DNA from: Macrostomum hystrix
Taxonomy: Eukaryota > Animalia > Platyhelminthes
DNA: 64,000 nucleotides
Assembly: GCA_950097015.1 (NCBI GenBank)
Contig: CATNEN010000003.1
Coordinates: 11,408,001-11,472,000 of the forward strand
Direction of reading: 5' to 3'
The position numbers and the translations under genes are program-made. Positions 1-9,649 of this stretch are shown here, in pieces. Positions within the stretch are counted from its first letter, which is position 1, and every line of letters begins with the position of its first letter. The notes under the pieces are model-generated. The model was not told the DNA's origin. It made no database searches and was given only the letters and a program-made list of their open reading frames with translations.

Positions 1-274
1 AAAATTAGTCTCAAAGTATTAAAATTTTTGTCTTAAGCAAAGCAAAGCTAATGCATGCTGTTCTAAGAAAGACATACTTTTGAATTTGAACTAAGAAAGA
101 AACAAACGTAACATACTTAAACTTGTAATTTATACCAGGATAGTCTATATCATTATATTTATGTATTTGCCACTAAGACGCACATTAAATCGTCAAAAAT
201 GCAAGGGGCTATTTGAACTCTGTCTATTCTTCGAATTCTGTCTAGCAATTTAGCTTTGTTGGTTTTCTTATGTT

Positions 275-646
275 TGTAACACGTTGAAGTTGCCGGTGGC
301 CGCTTTGAATTATAAACAACGCAACTCCAACGGTTACAAGGCCGAATACGAGCAATTAACCCACCGAGCGCCCTCGGGCTGGCCGCCAATCATTATTAAG
401 TGTATTTATTATATATCGAGCCAATCAGCATACAGTATAAGAGTTCGCGATGACAGTGCGCTATTTAAATGTATCATACTGTAAAACAAATGCGACTACA
501 GTAAAATACCATACAAGCGACACAGCGAGAGAAAGTACAGTACAAATACAGTATAGAATAATATAATAACATCGCGAACAATAAAATATGAAATGTAAAA
601 TACAAATAATATACATATTTAAAAGTAGCAGGAGCATCATACTACA
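275..646 (-). repeat. 3' LTR
   Basis: Exact copy of 2458..2829. Contains minus-strand AATAAA at 405..410. Confidence 0.95.
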
Positions 647-660
647 TTACCCTCCCCTAC
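647..660 (-). other. Polypurine tract
   Basis: Minus strand GTAGGGGAGGGTAA immediately upstream of the 3' LTR TG. Confidence 0.85.
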
Positions 661-1274
661 CAAAAATCAATGTCCTCATTGATATAAAATAACGATAGGA
701 CGAGCTACAGAGGCTGGGAGATCTATGTGGAGTATTAGAGGAGATTAAAAACATTGGAATGACAACTGTGAATTATTTTTGAACGGCGAACATTACAAAG
801 ATAAAATATTATCTGCAACTACGAGTGCATGTACATGTAACACTGGCATAAGGAAGCTGCCACCAAAGCACAACTGCACTATTACTGCGATAGGCAGGGC
901 TGAGCGCAAAAAAAACTCTCGCAGACAAACACGCGCACTATACGTGCATCCAGTAGTATACAGTAGCACTGACACTGAACTGCAACGCATTCGCGACAAG
1001 ACACCACAAAGACTTCAACACAGCCACTGAACTGCATGACCGTCAAAAGTGAAAAATCGATGCAATGATTGTTGACATGCTCGAGATTCACTTCTGGTGT
1101 CGCAAGGGGACGAAGATGCAGCAAAACAAAATATAGACGCTTAACAATACTGTAGGAAAAATATTGGTAATCATCTACATGTACATGTACACTATATATA
1201 AAGAGAGAAATAAAACTGGTCCGCCAGGCAATGCGATCAGTAATTAAGGGGCGGGCAAAGCAGAGCTCAGGTGA

Positions 1275-2456
1275 TCAGCGGACACAGGTGATCAAGCCGC
1301 CGCCCGGGTCATGTAAGCTTCGTGCCTGCGCCGCGCAGCAACGGCTTTCGGTCCACGGCTGCTCCCAGAAGCCGCAGCTGCCTCTTCCATCGGGGACACA
1401 GCCGCTGAGCCAAGCAGCAGGGCGCAGCTGTCCACGGGCTCGAGCTCGATGTCGCTGACGACAATGGGGCGCCGCTGATGCCAGGGCGGACTGCATGCGC
1501 CGCCGCCTCCGATGCCGATGCCATCGACGGCGCCGATGTGGACTCTGCAGTTCGGGCGGCCGGTGGCCTCGGTGGCGATGCGCTGCCTTGCACTTGCTCC
1601 GCTCGCCTGCCTGGTCATGTCGCTGCTGTGCATCGCTGCCGCAATTGTTCCGAGGGGGCGAGCTGCCCTTTTCATTGTAGTTCAGGCTGTCAAAGATGGC
1701 GCTCGGCTTGATTGTGGCGGTGGCCGGCACGGACTCGGCCGTGGTCGGCATGGACTGCTTGACGGTGACCAGCGCAGACTCATCCGTGGCCAGCGGTGTT
1801 TTCGCGTTGGCCTGCATTGGCTTAGCAGTGGCCCGCACGGGCTCAGGAGTGGGCGCTGACTCAACGTTGATCTTCGTGGACTGGACAGCGACCGGCGCAG
1901 ACTCGTCCGTGGCCAGCGGTGTCTTTGCGTTGGCCGGGGTGAGCTCAGCAGGGGCCGGCGCAGGCTCAACAGTGATCGACGCTGACTCGACGTTGGCCGG
2001 CACTGACTCAAAGGTGCTCACGTCGGCCGCCTCAGAGCTGACAGTGACAGCCTCGGTCTGGGTGCTGGCTGCGTTGGTCTCCTTGCGGGCAACAGCAGCG
2101 CGGAGGCATGGGCGCAAGCTGGTCCTTTGCAGGTCCGGCATGGCGCACTGGCGCATGCGGCAGGCCGACTGACCAGTGTAGTGGCTGCACTTGTGCCTGC
2201 CCAGGCAGATGTCGCACCGGCCACAATCCAATTTCCTCTTGCACGGGACACAGCTGCCGCACTGCCGTCCAGAGGCTCCGTCGTCCAGGTCGTCGGCAGC
2301 AGCGACCCCGTTTGCGATTTCGTCGACGACATCGTCATCCGACTCCCAGTTGTCGTCGCTCGAGTCAGAGTCCGACTGATCCGAGCTTTCGTCGTCCCAG
2401 TCGGAGTCGTCGTCTACCAACACTGGTCCCGAGGCTCGTCCTGGCGTGGTCGCCAT
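1275..2456 (-). CDS. CXXC-type zinc-finger protein (393 aa) inside the LTR element
   Basis: ATG at 2456 (MATTPG...), then a D/S-rich acidic tract, then RQCGSCVPCKRKLDCGRCDICLGRHKCSHYTGQSACRMRQC (2145..2267), matching the zf-CXXC pattern CxxCxxC-x4/5-CGxCxxC-xn-CxxRxC. Followed by A/T/P/S/E-rich internally repeated sequence. The C-terminal ~130 aa are uncertain because several frames are open in this GC-rich DNA. Confidence 0.8.
   Translation of the reverse strand: MATTPGRASGPVLVDDDSDWDDESSDQSDSDSSDDNWESDDDVVDEIANGVAAADDLDDGASGRQCGSCVPCKRKLDCGRCDICLGRHKCSHYTGQSACRMRQCAMPDLQRTSLRPCLRAAVARKETNAASTQTEAVTVSSEAADVSTFESVPANVESASITVEPAPAPAELTPANAKTPLATDESAPVAVQSTKINVESAPTPEPVRATAKPMQANAKTPLATDESALVTVKQSMPTTAESVPATATIKPSAIFDSLNYNEKGSSPPRNNCGSDAQQRHDQAGERSKCKAAHRHRGHRPPELQSPHRRRRWHRHRRRRRMQSALASAAPHCRQRHRARARGQLRPAAWLSGCVPDGRGSCGFWEQPWTESRCCAAQARSLHDPGGGLITCVR
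2439..2455 (-). other. Primer binding site, probably for tRNA-Arg
   Basis: Plus strand reads TCCTGGCGTGGTCGCCA, a tRNA-like 3' end ending in CCA. It resembles metazoan tRNA-Arg(TCG) 3' ends (...CGTGGTCG-CCA); tRNA identity is from memory. Confidence 0.8.
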
Positions 2457-2457
2457 T

Positions 2458-2829
2458 TGTAACACGTTGAAGTTGCCGGTGGCCGCTTTGAATTATAAAC
2501 AACGCAACTCCAACGGTTACAAGGCCGAATACGAGCAATTAACCCACCGAGCGCCCTCGGGCTGGCCGCCAATCATTATTAAGTGTATTTATTATATATC
2601 GAGCCAATCAGCATACAGTATAAGAGTTCGCGATGACAGTGCGCTATTTAAATGTATCATACTGTAAAACAAATGCGACTACAGTAAAATACCATACAAG
2701 CGACACAGCGAGAGAAAGTACAGTACAAATACAGTATAGAATAATATAATAACATCGCGAACAATAAAATATGAAATGTAAAATACAAATAATATACATA
2801 TTTAAAAGTAGCAGGAGCATCATACTACA
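2458..2829 (-). repeat. 5' LTR
   Basis: Exact copy of 275..646. Minus strand begins TGTAGT and ends GTTACA. Confidence 0.95.
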
Positions 2830-3194
2830 TGTTGCTACATCCAGATTGTTTTGATGTTTTTGATGTGCTATTCTGCGAATTCGACAATATTGTACGGCCA
2901 GTTGTGATCTTTTAAACTCTTGAAGTTTAAAGCACTGTATAGTTTATACAACACTGTTCTAGAAACTCACAATGGTGTTTGGCAAGTTTGAACTAGCTAT
3001 ATTTATGTCCAAACAAGTCTTCGTTAACTACACAACATATTATGCCTTTTTATAATAATGCGAGTTTGATACTAGGCGCGTGGGGGTGAATTAAACTTTT
3101 ACAGTGCTATCCCGTATAAATAATACTTGCCTAAGCTAGAACACACTTCGATCAATATAATTGATGAGTGACTTATTCTTGCTGCCTAGCTGTG

Positions 3195-3470
3195 GTGGAT
3201 TGGAGTAATGATTCCTGCAGGTAAAATTGATCGATTAGAGTGACAGATTCCCGGTCATTGATCGATTGGAGTGACAGATTCCCGGTCATTGATGGCTTGG
3301 AGTTAATTATTCCTGGGGGTCATTGATGCATTGGATTGACAGATTCATGGTCATTGATGGATTGGAGTGACAGATTCATGGTCATTGATGGATTGGAGTG
3401 ACAGATTCATGGTCATTGATGGATTGGAGTGACAGATTCATGGTCATTGATGGATTGGAGTGACACATTG
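3195..3470. repeat. Minisatellite, ~31-bp unit
   Basis: Unit GGATTGGAGTGACAGATTCATGGTCATTGAT repeated in tandem. Confidence 0.9.
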
Positions 3471-3879
3471 AGTGAATTTATCTAATCTTTTGAGATGTAC
3501 GTGGCATCACTGTACCACAATTATGAACCTCAAACTCAATAGCTGTGTGCCTACTCTATTTAGTCTCCACTTTTCATCATTGATTACCCTACTCATATCA
3601 GAGTGTCTGTATCGCAGTGTAAAAATTTATGTAATAATGCTCAAAATCCTCACAGGTTCAATTTAAAATGGACAAAAATAAACTGCATCAGAAGTGTCAA
3701 GTTTAGCAAGAGGTTTAAATTATTCCTTTAAGTAAAGATTTGCAAGCAAGTAAAGTGCTTTAGTGAGTTCAAAAGTGCAGCTCGTATATTTAACGCAAAA
3801 GACGGGGGACATTGCTGAGTTTGTACAACCCAACGGTCTTGAGAACACAGTCCTGAGACAGGGCTTGAATTTGAGCAAC

Positions 3880-5355
3880 TCAAAACCAACAGATTGAGCA
3901 GCCGGTCTCAAGTGCGGCGGACTGTCCGTCGTGCTGGCAATGTTGGCCCTGCTGAGCCCAGCTGCTGCTGCTGCTGCTCAAGGGCCACGACTCGAACTGC
4001 GGCCTAGTTGCCGCTGTGCTCAAATCTGTGGCCGGCGAGAGCTGGACTGGCTGCTGCTGCTGTAACTGCTGCTGCTGCTGCTCAAACGAAACTGAATTTT
4101 TTAAGAATTGAAAGTAAAATGAATACTAGAGAATTACTTCCTGTACAAAAACAGGGAGGAGGAAGAGATGATAGGGAAGAGAATAGAGGATGAGGAAGAG
4201 AATACAGGATAGGGAAGAGAATAGAGGATGGGGAAGAGAATAGAGGATGGGGAAGAGAATAGAGGATGGGGAAGAGAATACAGGATAGGGAAGAGAATAG
4301 AGGATGGGGAAGAGAATAGAGGATGGGGAAGAGAATAGAGGATGAGGAAGAGAATAGAGGATGGGGAAGAGAATACAGGATGGGGAAGATAATAGAGGAT
4401 GAGGAAGAGAATAGATGGGGAAGAGAATACAGGATAGGGAAGAGAATAGAATAGAGGATGAGGACGAGAATAGAGGATGGGGAAGAGAATACAGGATAGG
4501 GAAGAGAATAGAATAGAGGATGGGGAAGAGAATAGAGGATGGGGAAGAGAATAGAGGATGGGGAAGAGAATAGAGGATAGGGAAGAAAATAGAGGATGGG
4601 GAAGAGAATAGAGGATGGGGAAGAGAATAGAGGATGGGGAAGAGAGGATATGATAGGGCTGCGAGCCCGAACGAAACCGAAGTTTGCATCAAACAGCAAT
4701 TAAAACTCACCTGCTGCGGATGAATTCCAGGAGTAGCCAGGTGTCAAATCCCAATCTGTTCTCACTGAGTGTTGTGAGCTAACACTGTCATAGCATCCTG
4801 GACTAGAGTAGTGAGCAAGCTGCTGCTGCTGTTGCTGTTGCAACTGTCGCTGAGGCGCCTGAGTGATTTGTGATGGTTGCCATGGCAACGGTGATGACTC
4901 ATCAGTGAGGCCGCAAGCGCGCTGCATGGAAGCGGCCACCCAGCGTCTGTGATCCTCGGGGCGTTCTCGCTTGGCCTTGGAACTGTAGTAGAGGAAATGG
5001 TCTAGTAGAGAAAGTGGAGTAGAAGAAATGTGGTAGAGTAAGCGGGTTGGGAAGTGGGGTAGTGGAAGTGGGGTATAGGAAGTGGGTTTTAAAGTGTGGT
5101 GGTAAACACTAGGCAGCTGGTCATGGGTAGTTTAACTATCAGCCAAAAGACAAAAGAAACTCACCGACAGTTCTGAAACCAGATCTCAACAACCCGACAG
5201 TCGAGTCCCAGCTCCCTGGCCAGGTTAATCACTGTCTCTTGGCTGGGGTATCGGTCCTCCAGTTGATAGAAAACCCGTCTGAGGGTTTCTGTTTGCTGCG
5301 AGCTGAATCTGGTCCTAAGTCGCCTCCGTTTCAGTTGGTTGGCTGTAGATGGCAT
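3880..5355 (-). CDS. Divergent homeobox protein (Q50), 3 exons
   Basis: Exons 5355..5165, 4982..4711 and 4091..3880 with GT-AG sites, joining in frame: KRRRLRTRFSSQQTETLRRVFYQLEDRYPSQETVINLARELGLDCRVVEIWFQNCR|SKAKR..., then a Q/S-rich tail ending GCSICWF*. Confidence 0.85.
4155..4650. repeat. GA-rich minisatellite (~20-21 bp) in homeobox intron 2
   Basis: Repeats of GAAGAGAATAGAGGATGGG(G). Confidence 0.9.
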
Positions 5356-5929
5356 GGCTGTTCAGGGTATAGCCGCCTCACTGCTGTGTCTATTGATGAA
5401 TTTCACCTGGAATCTGAAACACTTATATCTCAATTCTAGCCAGCTGTTAAGACCCGGAGTCGCAAGGACGACAAGGGACAGAGAGATTGCGCAATCATCC
5501 GAGCTCCGACCAATCAGGGAACGGTGTGGGATGAGCGGTCCGTTGGACGAAGAGTCTATCGCAGATCAAAGGAAAATGCCGACAAATAGATGCCCCAAGC
5601 CGCTCTCTATGAAAAGTCAACTTTGTCCCGCTAAGCCTGTCTATCTATAAATTGTCTAAGTTTAAAAGGCTTGCCGACAAAGACTCCATTCTGTTCATTT
5701 AGCAAAGCTTTCCGATGCGCCGTGTCTCTAGCACCGTCCGGTAGTTCAAGCTGAAGGTGAAAGGGATTAGCAATTTTATTTGATTTAGTGGAAGCTTTCG
5801 TTTGTCAGACAGTGATAGTGTGAATTCTCTCGCCCTTAAATCTTTGGTCCATCACTCAGGTTTGTGAAATCTTTTAAGTTTTACCTTTTAAAAAGTTTTT
5901 TTCACTCAAAGATATTGAAAAAAAACATT

Positions 5930-7700
5930 CATACATATTCACATGTTCATCAAGATTCTATATGTTCACCACATTCCTACATGTTCACCACAATCTTATA
6001 TGTTCATCACAATCCTAGATGTTCATCACAATCCTAGATGTTCATCACAATCCTATATGATTATCACAGCCCTATACATGATTATCACAGTCCTAAATGT
6101 ATATCAAAATCCTACATGTTTATCACAATGCTACTTGTTTATCACAATCCTACATGTTCACCACTATCCTACATGTTAATCACAATGCTACTTGTTTATC
6201 ACAATCCTACATGTTAATCACAATGCTACTTGTTTATCACAATCCTACATGTTCATCACAATGCTACTTGTTTATCACAATCCTACATGTTTATCACAAT
6301 CCTGCATGTTTATCACAATCCTACATGTTTATCACAATCATACATGTTCACCACAATCTTATATGTTAATCACAATCCTACATGTTTATCACAATCCTAC
6401 ATGTTTATCACAATCCTACATGTTCACCACAATCTTATATGTTCATCACAATCCTACATGTTTATCACAATCCTACATGTTTATCACAATCCTACATGTT
6501 CACCACAATCCTACATGTTCACCACAATCCACATGTTACTTGTTTATCACAATCCTACATGTTCATCACAATGCTAACTTGTTTATCACAATCCTACATG
6601 TTCACCACTATCCTACATGTTCATCACAATGCTACTTGTTCATCACATTCCTACATGTCCATCGCATTCCTACATGTTTATCACATTCCTACATGTTCAC
6701 AACTATCCTACATGTTGATCGCATTCCTACATGTTCATCACATTCCTACATGTTCATCCCATTCCTACATGTTCATCACATTCCTATATGTTCATCACAT
6801 TCCTATATGATTATCACAATCCTACATGTTCATCCCATTCCTACATGTTCACCACAATCCTACATGTTCATCCCATTCCTACATGTTCACCACAATCCTA
6901 CATGTTAATCACAATGCTACTTGTTTATCACAATCCCACATGTTCACAACTATCCTACATGTTAATCACAATGCTACTTGTTTATCACAATCCTACATGT
7001 TCATCACAATGCTAACTTGTTTATCACAATCCTACATGTTCACCACTATCCTACATGTTCATCACAATGCTACTTGTTCATCACATTCCTACATGTCCAT
7101 CGCATTCCTACATGTTTATCACATTCCTACATGTTCACAACTATCCTACATGTTCACCACAATCCTACATGTTCATCCCATTCCTACATGTTCACCACAA
7201 TCCTACATGTTAATCACAATGCTACTTGTTTATCACAATCCTACATGTTCACAACTATCCTACATGTTAATCACAATGCTACTTGTTTATCACAATCCTA
7301 CATGTTCATCACAATGCTAACTTGTTTATCACAATCCTACATGTTCACCACTATCCTACATGTTCATCACAATGCTACTTGTTCATCACATTCCTACATG
7401 TCCATCGCATTCCTACATGTTTATCACATTCCTACATGTTCACAACTATCCTACATGTTCATCACATTCCTACATGTTCATCCCATTCCTACATGTTCAC
7501 CACAATCCTACATGTTCATCACAATGCTACTTGTTTATCACAATCCTACATGTTCACAACTATCCTACATGTTCATCACATTCCTATATGTTTAACACCA
7601 TCAAAAGTGATGTTTATCACAATCCTACATGTTCACAACTATCCTACCTGTTCATCACATTCCTATATGTTTAACACCATCAAAAGTGTTGTTTATCAAC
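5930..7700. repeat. Minisatellite, ~19-bp unit
   Basis: Repeats of TCACAATCCTACATGTT(T/C)A and variants. Confidence 0.95.
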
Positions 7701-8073
7701 ATTGTTAGATATCGTTCGACACTAGCGGTATTTCAGGCACTGTTCGCTTATAGACACAGTCCAATAAGGTGTTTTCATTGATTCAGATGGTCACAGCAAT
7801 CCAGTCTCCAGACTGGTTTTCACACAACATCCCTTATAAAATGAATTATAAAACAATTTTAACTCTTTATTAATGTTTTTAGTTTTAGGCACAGGCGTTA
7901 AGTTTTTGGGTTTCAAATTTAGCTATATTTACAGAAAATCGATTAAGGCTACGAAAAAGAGTTACTATTAAAGCATATCAATATTAACATTTGTATACTG
8001 TATTAAAATATATAGCAAATAGTTAGTTAGTAAAATATATAGTGCTATTTTAGAGATAATTTTCGACATTAAA

Positions 8074-8330
8074 CTCGCCAGTATTTCGTTGAAGACTGAC
8101 GCCGGTTCGCGCTTTGATGAGTGAGTCGACGACCTTCTTATGGCCATTTTGTGATGCAATGTAGAGAGGTGACTCGCCAGTATTTGTTTGAAGATTGACG
8201 TCGCCTCTTGCTTTGGTGAGTGAGTCGACCACCTCCTTATGGCCATTGTAGGATGCAATGTCGAGAGGTGAGGAGCCATAGACATACTCTTGAAGATTGA
8301 CGTCGGCTCGTGCTTTGATGAGTGAGTCGA
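8074..8330 (-). pseudogene. Isolated ankyrin-repeat coding fragment (~2.5 repeats)
   Basis: DSLIKARADVNLQEYVYGSSPLDIASYNGHKEVVDSLTKARGDVNLQTNTGESPLYIASQNGHKKVVDSLIKAR matches the ankyrin consensus (G-x-S/TPL-x-A-x-NGH-x-VV-x-L...ADVN). No start codon; stops on both sides. Confidence 0.7.
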
Positions 8331-9024
8331 GTGAGACTATTGGCCATTAACTAAAACGGTTTTATTATTGACTTCTGTTAGCTCCTGGCTGAAATGTTGG
8401 CTGAACTAGTACTGATAAGTCAGTAGAAAATAACTTTAAACAGACATCGATGATAAGAAATTAATTTTAGCAAAATATTTTTACTTTGTATTTGATAATC
8501 CTTGGGTCCTAGCTGAAAAAAGCAGAAAATAAGCAATAAAATTGTAAGAAAGCAGGAGATAAACACACACGATACAGAAATTGATTCATAAATCTAGCAT
8601 GCGTGAGATACAGTAACACTTAGAAATGCGGTATATTAACAGACATTAAAATGACTGCAAATGTAAAATATAGCAAACATTAATGCAAGCATAAATTAAG
8701 CTACAACACTTATACAGAAGCAATGCAGGGCAACAGTTAAGCAACTTTGAATTGTATGTTTTAATAAAATTATTCGACTGTTTTAGAAAGACAAACAACA
8801 AATAAGCAAAATAAGTTAATGCGTTAAATACTTAAAACAATAAATATACTGTAAAATGTAAATTACTAACTACGAGCTCGTAATACAACAGTCATCGAGC
8901 ACATCCTGACAGTCTGTAAAATATAGCTAACAAAATATTTGATTACATAGTAATAGCAGTGAGTCTAAATAAAGACTTTTCTTGATTCTAAAATGAGATT
9001 CCTATAACTAAGGAGTCCCAAAAA

Positions 9025-9450
9025 TAGCAAATCCTAGGTCATGAAAAGGCAAATCCTAGGCCAGGAAATAGCAAATCCTAGGTCATGAAAAGGCAAATCC
9101 TAGTTCATGAAAAGGCAAATCCTAGGTCAAGAAATAGCAAATCATAGGTCATGAAATAGCAAATCCTAGGCGAGGAAATAGCAAATCCTAGATCAGGAAA
9201 TAGCAAATCCTAGGCCAGGAAATAGCAAATCCTAGGCCAGGAAATAGCAAATCCTAGGCCAGGAAAAAGCGAATCATAGGCCAGAAAAAGCTAATCCTAG
9301 GCCAAAAAGCAACCCTCAGGTCAGGAAAAAGCAAATCCTAAATTAGGAAATAGTTAATTCTAGATAATTCCTATATAACTAAATAGCAAATCCTAGATAA
9401 GAGAGCAGCAAATCCAAGACTAGGGAATAGCAAATCCAAGACTAGGAAAT
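9025..9450. repeat. Minisatellite, ~21-22-bp unit
   Basis: Repeats of GCAAATCCTAGGCCAGGAAATA. Confidence 0.9.
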
Positions 9451-9649
9451 ATATCTAACAACAAAAAATCCAAGAGCAGAGATTTGCAAATACCTGATAA
9501 TTAATTGTGAATATGTTTATCCCTGGTTAGGAAAAAGAAAATCATTTTTTTCAAGGAACTGCTAATACAAGATCAGAAAAAACAAATCGTACACCAAGCA
9601 ATGGCAAATCCCATGTTTGATAGATAAATTAGTTAAATCGATAAGCCAA

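Larger units (their letters stand above)
275..2829 (-). mobile_element. Non-autonomous LTR retroelement (Ty3/Gypsy-like cis signals), 2555 bp, carrying a CXXC zinc-finger ORF
   Basis: Direct repeats at 275..646 and 2458..2829 (372 bp, identical by eye, TGTA...TACA ends). 4-bp TSD TGTT at 271..274 and 2830..2833. On the minus strand a PBS (TGGCGACCACGCCAGGA) starts 2 nt after the 5' LTR and a PPT (GTAGGGGAGGGTAA) abuts the 3' LTR. No RT, integrase or protease motifs seen. Confidence 0.95.

Noticed and set aside
284-484. Duplicated 66-73 aa ORFs (also 2446..2667)
   Set aside because: They are just the LTR sequence read antisense to the element, with non-ATG starts.
5943-7708. Many overlapping His/Cys-rich ORFs (MFITILHVHHNPTC...)
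   Set aside because: Translations of a 19-bp minisatellite in all frames.
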